Of a stretch of 64,000 nt of DNA, positions 17,784 through 27,621 are shown piece by piece. The DNA is taken from assembly GCA_963666515.2 (NCBI GenBank), contig OY762897.2, positions 1,120,001 to 1,184,000 on the forward strand, in the 5' to 3' direction. The notes below the pieces were generated by a model. The model was not told where the DNA came from. It searched no databases and worked only from the letters and a program-made list of their open reading frames with translations. This DNA is from Candidatus Binatia bacterium. Lineage in GTDB: Bacteria; Desulfobacterota; Binatia; UBA9968; JAJDTQ01. The translations under genes and the position numbers were made by a program. Position 1 is the stretch's first letter, and every line of letters begins with the position of its first letter.

Positions 17784-19364
17784 ATGCGCTTCTTCAACAC
17801 GACCGGCCCCGTCGTTCCCGCGGACCACTACTGCATCCCGCCCCTGGAGCGGCTGGATCTCGACGACGTGCTGGGCTTGATTCGCGACAAGCGCTATTTC
17901 GTGCTGCATGCGCCCCGGCAGACCGGCAAGACCTCGACGCTGCTGGCGTTGCGAGACCTGCTGAACAGCGGCGCCGCGGGCGGTTACCGTTGCGTGTACG
18001 TCAACGTCGAGGCCGGACAGGCGGCGCGCGAAGATGTGGGGCAGGCCATGCGCGCCATTCTGAGCGCGCTGGCCACCTGGGCGCGCTCGACTTTGCACGA
18101 CGAGTTCCCGGGCAAGGCTTGGCGCGGCATTCTGAGCGAGTCCGGTCCGCACGGTGCTCTGGGCGAGGCTCTGACCCGCTGGTCCGAGGCTGACCCGAAG
18201 CCGCTGGTGCTGCTGATCGACGAGATCGACGCGCTGGTGGGCGACACCCTGCTGTCGGTGCTGCGCCAGCTCCGGGCGGGATACGTCCTGCGCCCGCAGG
18301 GCTTTCCACAGAGCGTCATCCTGTGCGGCGTGCGCGACGTGCGCGACTACCGCATCCATTCCAGCGCCGAGAAGCAGGTCGTTTCAGGCGGGAGCGCGTT
18401 CAACGTCAAGGCTCGCTCGCTGCGCCTTGGGGATTTCTCCGGCGAGGAGGTTCCCTCGCTGCTCGCGCAGCACACCGCGGAGACGGGGCAGGCGTTCATG
18501 GAAGAGGCTCTGGAGGCGGTGTGGACGCAAACCCAGGGGCAACCGTGGCTGGTCAATGCGCTGGCTGACGAGATATGTTTCCGCCACAGACCGGGCCGTG
18601 ACCGCAGCCGGCCCGTCAGTGCGGACGCGGTGATCGAAGCCCGGGAACGGCTGATCGGGCGCCGGGAGACCCACCTGGACCAGTTGGCCGACAAGCTCCA
18701 GGAGGACCGCGTGCGCCGGGTGGTGGAGCCGTTGCTGAGCGGCGGCGACGAGCGCGAGTTCTCGGCGCGGGACCTCGAATACGTCCGCGACCTTGGACTG
18801 GTGGCGGGGGATGCCCCGCTACGCATCGCCAATCCCATCTACGCCGAGGTGGTGCCGCGGGAGCTGACCTTTGCGGCCCAGGCCGGGCTGGTGCAGGACG
18901 TGGCCTGGTACGTGGACGCGGTCGGCGGACTGGAGGTGGGCAGGCTGCTCAGAGCCTTCCAGGAGTTCTTCCGTGAACACTCCGAGCACTGGGTGGCGCG
19001 ATTCGACTACCAGGAGGCCGGGCCGCAACTCCTGTTGCAGGCGTTCCTGCAACGGGTGGTGAACGGCGGCGGCCGCATCGAGCGGGAATACGGCCTGGGG
19101 CGGGGCCGTACCGACCTGCTCATCGTCTGGCCCCAGGGGGAGCGGACGCGCAAGTTCGTGATCGAGTGCAAGGTGCTGCGCAGGACCCTGAACCGCACCA
19201 TCACCGACGGCCTTGAGCAGACCGCGGCCTACATGGACTGTTGCGCCGCGGAGGCGGGCCACCTGGTCATCTTCGACCGGGACGCGGGCAAGACCTGGGA
19301 GGAGAAGGTGTTTCACCGCCGGGAGCCGGTCGGGAGCGTCGAGATCGACGTGTGGGGCATGTGA
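17784..19364 (+). CDS. AAA-like ATPase with C-terminal PD-(D/E)XK nuclease-like domain
   Basis: MRFFNTTGP, Walker A APRQTGKT, Walker B LLIDEID, C-terminal GRTDLLI...FVIECK. Confidence 0.85.
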   Translation: MRFFNTTGPVVPADHYCIPPLERLDLDDVLGLIRDKRYFVLHAPRQTGKTSTLLALRDLLNSGAAGGYRCVYVNVEAGQAAREDVGQAMRAILSALATWARSTLHDEFPGKAWRGILSESGPHGALGEALTRWSEADPKPLVLLIDEIDALVGDTLLSVLRQLRAGYVLRPQGFPQSVILCGVRDVRDYRIHSSAEKQVVSGGSAFNVKARSLRLGDFSGEEVPSLLAQHTAETGQAFMEEALEAVWTQTQGQPWLVNALADEICFRHRPGRDRSRPVSADAVIEARERLIGRRETHLDQLADKLQEDRVRRVVEPLLSGGDEREFSARDLEYVRDLGLVAGDAPLRIANPIYAEVVPRELTFAAQAGLVQDVAWYVDAVGGLEVGRLLRAFQEFFREHSEHWVARFDYQEAGPQLLLQAFLQRVVNGGGRIEREYGLGRGRTDLLIVWPQGERTRKFVIECKVLRRTLNRTITDGLEQTAAYMDCCAAEAGHLVIFDRDAGKTWEEKVFHRREPVGSVEIDVWGM

Positions 19365-19365
19365 C

Positions 19366-20223
19366 TCACGCCAGGTAGATGGCGACGATCCCCGTGATCA
19401 CGAACAGCGTGGCGACGCCGGTGCGGAGGTTCACCTGCTCGATGTCGCGGGAGAAGAGCAGGGTGCCCAGCAGCACCCACAGCGGCGCCACGCACACGAT
19501 GGGTCCCACCACCACCACGTTGCCGATGCCCAGCGCCTTCACCAGCGACCAGATCCCCACTGCCTCGAAGACGCCGGTGACCAGGAAATAGGGCATGGCG
19601 CGCCGGTCGAACACGATGTTCGCCCTGGCGCGCGGGTTCATCAGGTTGAACACCATGGGGCTTAACGCCGATATCCCCATGACCGCGCTCAGGAACAGCG
19701 GCTCGTTGGCGAGGGTCAGCCCGTAGCGGCGGATGGGGTGGTTCACGCCGGCGGTGAGGGCGGCCGCCAACGGGAAGATGAGTTCCCAGGTGCGGTAGGT
19801 CGTCTGCTGCTGGGGTTTCCACGAAAGCTGCACGATGCCGAACACCACCGAGCCGGTGCCGAACAGCAGCAGCGGGGTCACCGTCTCGTGCAGGAAGATC
19901 ACCGCCAGCGCGGTGCCGAACAGGGGGTTGGTGGCCTGGACCGTGCTGGTGACACTGGCGCCGAGGCGCGCCACGCCGTGATAGGCGAACATCCGCGTGC
20001 CGAGCTGGATCCATCCGCCGGCCACGAAGCAGGCGGTGGCCAGCAGCGGAATGGCCGGGATGCCGCCGGTCATGAAGACGATGGCCCACAGGATGGCGCT
20101 GTTGACGGTCAACGCCACGTAGGCCGCGGTCGCCGGCGTGGAGTACACCAGCCCCCGCCGGGTGGCCAGAAAACAGCCGGCGTAGAAGAACGAGGTTACC
20201 AGGGCGAGGAACTGTGGCGACAT
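19366..20223 (-). CDS. EamA/DMT family transporter
   Basis: About ten TM helices in two repeats; PLFGTALAVIFLHE. Confidence 0.85.
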   Translation of the reverse strand: MSPQFLALVTSFFYAGCFLATRRGLVYSTPATAAYVALTVNSAILWAIVFMTGGIPAIPLLATACFVAGGWIQLGTRMFAYHGVARLGASVTSTVQATNPLFGTALAVIFLHETVTPLLLFGTGSVVFGIVQLSWKPQQQTTYRTWELIFPLAAALTAGVNHPIRRYGLTLANEPLFLSAVMGISALSPMVFNLMNPRARANIVFDRRAMPYFLVTGVFEAVGIWSLVKALGIGNVVVVGPIVCVAPLWVLLGTLLFSRDIEQVNLRTGVATLFVITGIVAIYLA

Positions 20224-20341
20224 GGACGGCCCGTCATCCTTCTTGACACCCAATCCAAGGGTTCGTTAACTAGTGCTGGTGTGCGGGGTAAAGGAAGATA
20301 CCGGTTTCGAGTCTAGGTGAATTCTGCCGAGGAGACAAATC

Positions 20342-21430
20342 ATGGCACGGAACGGACACCCTCTGGTGGTGGATGCCGACGCCCACGTCATCGAGACGGA
20401 GCGGACCTGGGACTACCTTGAAGGCTCCGACAAGAAGCACCGGCCCGCGCTGTTCGGCGGTCCGGACGTGGACCGGCAGTACTGGGTCATGGACGGAAAG
20501 ATCCGCGGGGTGCGGTTGCCCACCCTGAACGAACAGCAGCTCGAGGAGTTGTCGGAAAAGACCGGCCGCAGGCTCACCACCCCGCAGGCGTCCCGCGAGC
20601 TTGACGACGTGGACCTGCGCGTGGCCCAGCTCGACGAGCTGGGAGTGGACGTCCAGGTCATGCACAACACGCTCTGGATCGAGCGCGTGGCGGACCGGGA
20701 GGACGCCGAAACCGCGCTGTGCCAGGCGTGGAACCGCTGGATGGCCGACGTCTGGAAGGCCGGGAAGGGAAGGCTGCGGTGGTCCTGCGTCATCCCGGCC
20801 ATGACCCTGAGCGAGGCGCTGCCGCAGATCCGCTTCGCGCGCGAGCACGGCGCGGTGGCGGTGTGCCTGCGTCCGTTCGAGGGCGACCGGCACCTGGTGG
20901 ACCCGTACTTCTACCCCGTGTTCGAGTTGGCGCAGGAACTGGACATGGCCATCGGCGTGCACATCGCCAACGGCAGCGCCGGGCTGATCTCCCACTTCCG
21001 GCCCCGCTACGACCGGACCGGCGGCTTCGCGCCGTTCCGCGTGCCCACGGTGCTCACCTGCCTCCAGCTCATCATGAGCGAGGTGCCGCAGGTCTTTCCG
21101 AAGCTCCGCTGGGGTTTCATCGAGTCCTCGGCCCAGTGGGTCCCCTGGATCGTCAACGAGGCGAGGCGGCGCGCAGGCGCTGCCGACTACCCCGACAATC
21201 CCCTGAAGGCGTTCAACATCTATGTCACGGCGCAGACCGACGACGACTTCCCGTTCGTCCTGAAATACGCGGGCGAGGACAACCTCGTCATCGGCACGGA
21301 CTACGGCCACATGGACGCCTCCAGCGAGGTGGACGCCATCACCCGGTTCAGGGCGGATACGACGGTGGAAGACGAATCCAAGCGCAAGATCCTGAGCGAC
21401 AATCCCATGGCGCTCTACGGCATCGAATAG
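20342..21430 (+). CDS. Amidohydrolase_2 family protein, tandem paralog 1
   Basis: DADAHVIE, AWNRWMAD, GVHIA, GTDYGH. Confidence 0.88.
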   Translation: MARNGHPLVVDADAHVIETERTWDYLEGSDKKHRPALFGGPDVDRQYWVMDGKIRGVRLPTLNEQQLEELSEKTGRRLTTPQASRELDDVDLRVAQLDELGVDVQVMHNTLWIERVADREDAETALCQAWNRWMADVWKAGKGRLRWSCVIPAMTLSEALPQIRFAREHGAVAVCLRPFEGDRHLVDPYFYPVFELAQELDMAIGVHIANGSAGLISHFRPRYDRTGGFAPFRVPTVLTCLQLIMSEVPQVFPKLRWGFIESSAQWVPWIVNEARRRAGAADYPDNPLKAFNIYVTAQTDDDFPFVLKYAGEDNLVIGTDYGHMDASSEVDAITRFRADTTVEDESKRKILSDNPMALYGIE

Positions 21431-21459
21431 CGGCGGGCAGGGACGAAAGGAGAACGGCA

Positions 21460-22548
21460 ATGTCCGGCAACGGAACGCACATGGTAGTGGACTCGGACGC
21501 CCACGTGGTGGAGACCGAGCGCACGTGGGACTATCTGGATGCTTCGGAGAAGAAATTTCGCCCGCAGCTCTTCGGCGCCCCGGAGGATTTGACCACGCAG
21601 TACTGGGTGCTGGACGGCAGGGTGCTGGGATTCCGTTTCCAGAGCCTGAGCGAGAAGCAGCTCGACGAGGTGTCGGCCAAGGCCGGGAGGCAGATGCAGA
21701 CGCCGCAGGACGCCCGGGAACTGCGCGACGTGCAGTTGCGTCTCGATCACCTCGACGAACTCGGCATCGATGTCCAGATACTCTACAACACCATGTGGAT
21801 CGAGCAGGTGACGGACCACGCCGACGCCGAGATCGCCCTGTGCGGGAGCTGGAACCGCTGGATGGCGGACGTGTGGAAGCAGGGCGGCGGACGCCTCCGG
21901 TGGGTCTGCGTAGTGCCGGCCATGACCATGAGCGAGGCCCTGGAGCAGATCCGCTTCTCCAGGGAGAACGGCGCCGTGGGCGTCTGCCTTCGCCCCTTCG
22001 AAGGCGACCGGCACCTGGTGGACCCGTACTTCTACCCCATCTTCGACGAGGCCCAGCGTCTCGACATGATGATGGGCATCCACATCGCCATCGGCAGCCC
22101 CAGGATGGCGACGCAGTTCCGGCCCCGCTACGACAGCGGCGGCGGATTGCCGGTGTTCCGCATCCCCACCGTCTCCCAGTGCTTCACGGTGATGATGAGC
22201 GAGGTGCCCAAGGTATTTCCGGACCTGCGCTGGGGCTTCATCGAGTCCTCCGCCCAGTGGGTGCCGTGGGTGGTGAACGAGACCATCCGGCGGTCGGGGA
22301 CCGCGGAATACCCCGACAACCCCATGAAGGCGTTCAACATCTACGTGTCGGCCCAGACCGACGACGACTTCCCCTACGTTCTCAAGTACGCGGGCGACGA
22401 CAACATCGTCATCGGCACCGACTACGGCCACACCGACGCCTCCAGCGAGGTGGACGCGTTCACGATCTTCAACGGCAACGACACCATTTCGGCCGAACAG
22501 AAGCGGAAGATACTGAGCGACAACGCCAAGACGCTTTACGGGCTGTAG
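21460..22548 (+). CDS. Amidohydrolase_2 family protein, tandem paralog 2
   Basis: DSDAHVVE, GIHIA, GTDYGH; AAGGAG RBS; colinear with paralog 1. Confidence 0.88.
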   Translation: MSGNGTHMVVDSDAHVVETERTWDYLDASEKKFRPQLFGAPEDLTTQYWVLDGRVLGFRFQSLSEKQLDEVSAKAGRQMQTPQDARELRDVQLRLDHLDELGIDVQILYNTMWIEQVTDHADAEIALCGSWNRWMADVWKQGGGRLRWVCVVPAMTMSEALEQIRFSRENGAVGVCLRPFEGDRHLVDPYFYPIFDEAQRLDMMMGIHIAIGSPRMATQFRPRYDSGGGLPVFRIPTVSQCFTVMMSEVPKVFPDLRWGFIESSAQWVPWVVNETIRRSGTAEYPDNPMKAFNIYVSAQTDDDFPYVLKYAGDDNIVIGTDYGHTDASSEVDAFTIFNGNDTISAEQKRKILSDNAKTLYGL

Positions 22549-22592
22549 GGCGTGTCGAGACCCCGCTCAGCCAAGGTAAAGGACACCGCACC

Positions 22593-22620
22593 CGTCATTC
22601 CGGCGGAAGCCGGAATCCAG
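22593..22620 (+). repeat. CGTC-family REP palindrome
   Basis: CGTCATTCCGGCGGAAGCCGGAATCCAG, one mismatch to the arm at 57667. Confidence 0.8.
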
Positions 22621-22654
22621 AGGTGGGGAAGGGGGGTGTCGGCGTTTTACATCA

Positions 22655-23218
22655 TCAGCCCTTGAACGGGCTCGTCACTTGGTAGCAGAAGCTGCTGAAA
22701 AGCGGGCTCGTGCTCAGTCCTGTCCAGACGAACAGCTTGCCTTCGGCGAAGAAGATGTGCATGCCGCAGTCGAACACCAGCACGACCCCGGCCAGCACGG
22801 CTACGGTGATGCCGATGACCGCCGACCACCTCTCGCCGGCGCACTTGAGATAGAGCAGCGTCACCAACCCGATTCCGAACTGGAAACCCACCAGCCAGAT
22901 GGACGCGGCGAAACCCAGGATCCAGCCGATGATGCTGGCCGTCCGGCGCCGTTCCTCGGCCGGGTCCATGGCTTCGGCAGCCTGCTGGTTCAACAGCGCG
23001 GCCCCGAAAGGGTCTTCGTCGCCATCGCGGGCGGCCGCGTCCGTTCGTCCGAGGATCTCCCGAACGAGTTGCAGCGCCAGCAGCGTCGCGGTGGGCAGGC
23101 CGATGAGCCAGGCCATGAGGCTTGCCTGGATGTCCCAGGCGCTGGCTTCCCACAGCGCCCAGGCCATGAGCAGGAACAGCGCGCCGGTGAAGACGGCGGA
23201 ATAGCCGCGAAAGCTCAT
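22655..23218 (-). CDS. tctB: Tripartite tricarboxylate transporter small membrane subunit
   Basis: Small polytopic membrane protein directly downstream of tctA. Confidence 0.75.
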   Translation of the reverse strand: MSFRGYSAVFTGALFLLMAWALWEASAWDIQASLMAWLIGLPTATLLALQLVREILGRTDAAARDGDEDPFGAALLNQQAAEAMDPAEERRRTASIIGWILGFAASIWLVGFQFGIGLVTLLYLKCAGERWSAVIGITVAVLAGVVLVFDCGMHIFFAEGKLFVWTGLSTSPLFSSFCYQVTSPFKG

Positions 23219-23249
23219 GGGATCGTCTCCAAGGCGCGGTCGTGGAAGC

Positions 23250-24851
23250 TCATGAGCCTCCCTCCGAAGCCCGGCGGCGCAAGCGGGCGCTCACCGCCGG
23301 GTAGAAGATGCTGGCCAGGATGACGCACAGGATGATGAGCACCCCGGGGCGCGTGAGGAAGCCGAAGTCGTAGCGCGAGTAGGTGATCCACAGGTAGTTG
23401 TCGGCCAGCCGGCCCAGCACCAGGCCCAGCAGCAGCGCCGGCCGGGACCAGTCGAACACCACCATGAGCCAGCCCAGGGCGCCGAAGACCAGCGTGACGA
23501 GGATGTCGCCGAAGCTGTTGGTGTGGGTGTAGGAGCCCAGGTAGATGAACAGCAGCAGCGGCGGTATCAGCAGCGTTCCCTTGATGCGCGTGAGGCGGGC
23601 CAACTGGTTCAGGAACAGGAAGCACACCGAAACGGTGATGACGTTGGACACCACCAGCACCCACACCAGCGAGAAGGTCACGTCCAGGTCCTTGGTCAGC
23701 ATGGAGGTGCCGGGGCGCAAGCCCAGGATCAGGAACGCCCCCAGCAGGATGGCGGTGGTGACGTTGCCCGGGATGCCGAAGGCGATGGTGGGGATGAGCG
23801 CGCCGCCCAGCGTGGAGTTGTTGGCCGCGCCCGGCCCCACCACGCCCTCGATGACGCCGGTGCCGACCTTGTCCTGCTTGCCCGATGATTGCATGGCCAA
23901 GGCGTAGGCCACCCACTGGGACACCGGCCCGCCCATGCCCGGGATGATGCCGATGTAGGTGCCCACGGCGCTGCACCGCGCCACCAGCCACCAGTGCCGA
24001 AACGCGTCCTTGACGCCCTGGAACACACCCCCGAGCCGGCCCACCTGGGCCTGGGCGATGCTGCCTCCCTTGGTGGCGAGGTCGATGATCTCGGGGATGG
24101 CGAAAAGCCCCACCGTGGCCGGCACCAGCCCGATGCCGGCGCCGCCGGTCTCGCCTCCGCCCCAGAGGTACATGGTGCCGAAGGTGTAGCGTTCGGTGGC
24201 GGTCTGCATGTCCATGCCCACCAGCGAGAAGATGAAGCCGAGTCCGCCCGCGGCCAGCCCCTTGACCACGCTGCCGCCGCTCAGGGCGCCGACGAAGGTG
24301 ACCCCGGCGACGGTGAGCATGAAGAATTCCGGCGTGCCCAGGGCCAGCACCAGCGGCGTGACGATGGGGATGGCCACGGCGATGGCGCCGGCGCCGATGA
24401 TGGCGCCCATGAGCGAACTCATGAGCGAGGCGCCCAAAGCCCGGCCAGCCTCCCCCTTCTTGGCCATGGGGTGGCCTTCGACGATGGTGGAGGCCGTGGA
24501 CCCTTCGCCCGGGATGCCGAACAGGATGGAGGTGATGTCGCCGGTGGTGGCGGTGACGGCCATCATGCCCAGCAGGAAGGAAAAGGCCTCCACCGCGTCC
24601 ATCTTGAGCTGGAACGCGAAGCCGAGCATGAGGGCCATGGTGACGGGGCCGCCCAGGCCCGGCAGCATGCCCACGGCGAAGCCGATGGCGTTGCCCAGCA
24701 GCAGGTAGCCGAAGGCCGGCCAGGAGAAGACCCGCACCAGCCCCTCCACCGAGGCGGCGCCGATCTTCCCGGCCATCCCCTGGGCCAGGAAGATCCACAC
24801 CGCCAGGACCGTGAGCAGGGCGAGCCAGCCCAGGCTTCGTTTGAGGGTCAC
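23250..24851 (-). CDS. tctA: Tripartite tricarboxylate transporter permease
   Basis: GMLPGLGG, ILFGIPG, EGHPMAKKGEAGRAL, GIIPGMGG, AANN, GIPGN. Confidence 0.93.
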   Translation of the reverse strand: MTLKRSLGWLALLTVLAVWIFLAQGMAGKIGAASVEGLVRVFSWPAFGYLLLGNAIGFAVGMLPGLGGPVTMALMLGFAFQLKMDAVEAFSFLLGMMAVTATTGDITSILFGIPGEGSTASTIVEGHPMAKKGEAGRALGASLMSSLMGAIIGAGAIAVAIPIVTPLVLALGTPEFFMLTVAGVTFVGALSGGSVVKGLAAGGLGFIFSLVGMDMQTATERYTFGTMYLWGGGETGGAGIGLVPATVGLFAIPEIIDLATKGGSIAQAQVGRLGGVFQGVKDAFRHWWLVARCSAVGTYIGIIPGMGGPVSQWVAYALAMQSSGKQDKVGTGVIEGVVGPGAANNSTLGGALIPTIAFGIPGNVTTAILLGAFLILGLRPGTSMLTKDLDVTFSLVWVLVVSNVITVSVCFLFLNQLARLTRIKGTLLIPPLLLFIYLGSYTHTNSFGDILVTLVFGALGWLMVVFDWSRPALLLGLVLGRLADNYLWITYSRYDFGFLTRPGVLIILCVILASIFYPAVSARLRRRASEGGS

Positions 24852-24864
24852 GATTCAGGCGCGG

Positions 24865-25944
24865 TCACGGCTTCTGCGCCATGCCCTTGAGGATCTCCAG
24901 GGCTTCGGGGTCGCGCTTCTGGATCTCCACCACCTTGTCGATGATGGCCTGGGCCGCGGGCGCGTTCAGTGACACGAGCTGGAAGCCGATGGCCTTCTTG
25001 AAATGGGCGATCATCTCCTTGTCCTTCAGGAACCGGTCGAAGCTCGCCGCCATGGTGTTGAAGACGTCCTTGGGGACCCGCGCCGCGTAGACCCAGCCGC
25101 GGCGGACGCCGCCCAAGTAGGCCAGCAGTTCCATGGCGCGGTAGTTGGGGTCCTTCCGGATGGATTCGCCCTTGAGCTCCAGGACGATCTCGTAATAGGT
25201 GGGCAGGTCCGGCAGCCGCGGGTCGCGGACGATCTTGCCGTCCTGGACGGTGCCTTCCTGGGCGATGGGCACCACAGCGCCTTCCTCCACCATGGGCAGC
25301 ACCGCGGCGAAGTAGCCGCTCTGGCTGTCGTTGGTCATGTTCAGTTCGCCCCGGCGGATGGCCGCGCGCATGTCGCCGCTGCTGCCGTAGCCGGTCACCA
25401 GCTTGTGGTCCTTGCCCAGGATCTTCAGCAGCAGCCGCGGGATCATGGAGCGCGGGCTCTGGATCGACGTGGTGCCGAAGAAGAGCTTCTTCTTGACGGC
25501 GCCCAGCTCGGTGCCCTTGGTGATGCCCAGGTCCTTGCTGACGAACGTGACGGTGGTCTCGCGCACGCCCCCCAGCCACTGGAGCTTGGCCAGCTCGAAC
25601 TTGACCTTCTTGGGCTTGAAGATGGTGTCCGTCACCGAAGTGGAGAACTGTCCGATGATGGTGCCGTCCGCGGGCGCGGAGTTGTACACCCAGTTCTCGC
25701 CCACGATGCCGCCGCCGCCGGGCATGTTCTTGATGATGGTGGTGGGGTTGCCGGGGATCTGCTTGCCGATGAACGGCAGCATCTGCCGCGCCATGATGTC
25801 GGCGGCGCCGCCCACGGAGTAGGGGATCAGGATGGCGACGGTCTTGCCCTTGAAGGAGACGTCGGCGGCCCCCGCGGTTGCGGCTCCGAAGGCGAGGCAC
25901 AGGGTAACGACTGCGGCTGCGAAAGTTGCGGAACGTCGGTTCAT
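24865..25944 (-). CDS. tctC: Tripartite tricarboxylate transporter substrate-binding protein
   Basis: Signal peptide; PYSVGGAAD..AR, NMPGGGG, ADGTII; AAGGAG RBS. Confidence 0.9.
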   Translation of the reverse strand: MNRRSATFAAAVVTLCLAFGAATAGAADVSFKGKTVAILIPYSVGGAADIMARQMLPFIGKQIPGNPTTIIKNMPGGGGIVGENWVYNSAPADGTIIGQFSTSVTDTIFKPKKVKFELAKLQWLGGVRETTVTFVSKDLGITKGTELGAVKKKLFFGTTSIQSPRSMIPRLLLKILGKDHKLVTGYGSSGDMRAAIRRGELNMTNDSQSGYFAAVLPMVEEGAVVPIAQEGTVQDGKIVRDPRLPDLPTYYEIVLELKGESIRKDPNYRAMELLAYLGGVRRGWVYAARVPKDVFNTMAASFDRFLKDKEMIAHFKKAIGFQLVSLNAPAAQAIIDKVVEIQKRDPEALEILKGMAQKP

Positions 25945-26010
25945 GGCGTGCTCCTTCCTGGGTTGGTCCAATGTTCGGGTGTCGTGTTCGGTATCGACCG
26001 TAGGCCCACT

Positions 26011-26094
26011 ACTTATTGCGGGCGGACTCCGCCTGTCAACCGCAAATGCCCGCGCCCGCGCCGGTTTGACAACCTCCGGTGCTTCGGCTAAGAA
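26011..26094. promoter_or_regulatory. Back-to-back sigma70-like promoters for tctCAB and ubiD
   Basis: + strand TTGACA-N17-TAAGAA; - strand TTGACA-N17-ATAAGT. Confidence 0.55.
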
Positions 26095-26151
26095 CCCGGA
26101 AACTTCAGAGAATCCCGCAGACAACCCAACACATCGCGAGAGAGGTGACAC

Positions 26152-27597
26152 ATGCCCAAGAGCCTGGGATCGTTTCTGGAAGACTGCCGCCGGGAGATTC
26201 CCAACGAGGTGGTCCACGTGACCAAGCAGGTGGACCCGGCCCACTACGACGTGAGCGCGCTCATCAAGCACCTGGATGAGCTGCGGAAGTTCCCCATCCT
26301 GGTCTTCGACAACCCGCTGAACCTTCACGGACAGCCGTCCGACATCAAGCTGACCATGAACTGCGAGATCTCCCAGGGCAAGACCCAGGTGGCCCTCGGC
26401 CTGGACAAGGACACGAGCCGGGAGGTCATGACCGACATCTGCCTGGAGCGCGAGGAGCACCGCATCGAGCCGGTGGTCATCGAGCGCGACCAGGCGCCGG
26501 TGATGCAGAACGTCCAGACCGGCAAGGACGTGGACATCTATCAGATCCCGGTGATGCGGCACCACTACATGGACGGCGGCCCCTACATCGTCATGTCCAC
26601 CGTCACCAAGGAGCGGACCTCCGGCATCTACAACTGCTCGTACCACCGGATGGAGGTCAAGTCGCCGCAGAGCACCGCGCTCTACGCCTCGCCGCGCCAC
26701 CTGTGGAAGATCTTCAGGGACTACGAAGACAACAACATGGAGTGTCCCGTGGCCACCGTGCTGGGACACCACCCGGCCTACCACATGGGCGCGTGCTACA
26801 GCGGCGCGTTCGAGGTGAGCGAATTCGACATCATCGGCGGCTACATGCAGGAGCCGCTACGGCTCACGCCGTCCTCCACCTGGGGCGACAACTTCCTCAT
26901 CCCGGCGGACGCCGAGGTGGTCATCGAGGGGTTGCTCCAGCCCAACAAGCGGGTGGTGGAAGGCCCCTTCGGCGAGGCCCCCGGCTACCTCGGGCCGCAG
27001 CGCTACACCACCTGCGTAGAGTACAAGGTCACCGCCATGAACTGGCGCAAGGGCGCCATGTTCCAGTCCATCATCACGCCGGAAGGCGACAAGCCGTGGA
27101 TGGACCTGCCGCGGGAAGGCGCCTACCTCCGGCGCTGCCGCGAGGCCGTGCCCGGCGTGACCGCGGTGTGCAAGATGGGCCGCCACGCCCACTACAACGT
27201 GTTCATCGCCATGAAGAAGCTGTCCGAGGGCGATCCCGGCCGGGCGGCGGCCGCGGCCCTCACTTTCGACCACACCAAGAACGTCTTCGTCTTCGACGAC
27301 GACATCAACGTGTACAATCCCACGGACATCCTGTGGGCGCTGGCCACGCGCGTGCAGCCGCACCGCCAAGTGTCGATCCTGAAGCCGCTCTTCCGCGGCA
27401 ACTTCCTGGATCCCTCGCTGGTGGACGAGATCAAGACCTCCGGGATGATCGTGGACGCCACGCGTCCGCTGGACCGGCCGTTCTCGCCGGTTTCCAAGGT
27501 GCCCGACGAGGCCATGGAACGGATCAAGGTCGAGGATTTCATCCCTGGAGAGATTCTCTCGCACATTCCCATCGACCGGACCACGTACTGGTCGTAG
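26152..27597 (+). CDS. UbiD family (prFMN-dependent) decarboxylase #1
   Basis: DGGPY, YNCSYHRM, EGPFGEAPGY, VFDDDI, WALATR. Confidence 0.92.
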   Translation: MPKSLGSFLEDCRREIPNEVVHVTKQVDPAHYDVSALIKHLDELRKFPILVFDNPLNLHGQPSDIKLTMNCEISQGKTQVALGLDKDTSREVMTDICLEREEHRIEPVVIERDQAPVMQNVQTGKDVDIYQIPVMRHHYMDGGPYIVMSTVTKERTSGIYNCSYHRMEVKSPQSTALYASPRHLWKIFRDYEDNNMECPVATVLGHHPAYHMGACYSGAFEVSEFDIIGGYMQEPLRLTPSSTWGDNFLIPADAEVVIEGLLQPNKRVVEGPFGEAPGYLGPQRYTTCVEYKVTAMNWRKGAMFQSIITPEGDKPWMDLPREGAYLRRCREAVPGVTAVCKMGRHAHYNVFIAMKKLSEGDPGRAAAAALTFDHTKNVFVFDDDINVYNPTDILWALATRVQPHRQVSILKPLFRGNFLDPSLVDEIKTSGMIVDATRPLDRPFSPVSKVPDEAMERIKVEDFIPGEILSHIPIDRTTYWS

Positions 27598-27621
27598 CCG
27601 TCGTAGTGAAAGGAGGCATCC

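Noticed and set aside
20266-20274. TTAACTAGT resembling part of a TrpR operator
   Set aside because: Only a partial match with no trp context; probably part of an AT-rich promoter.
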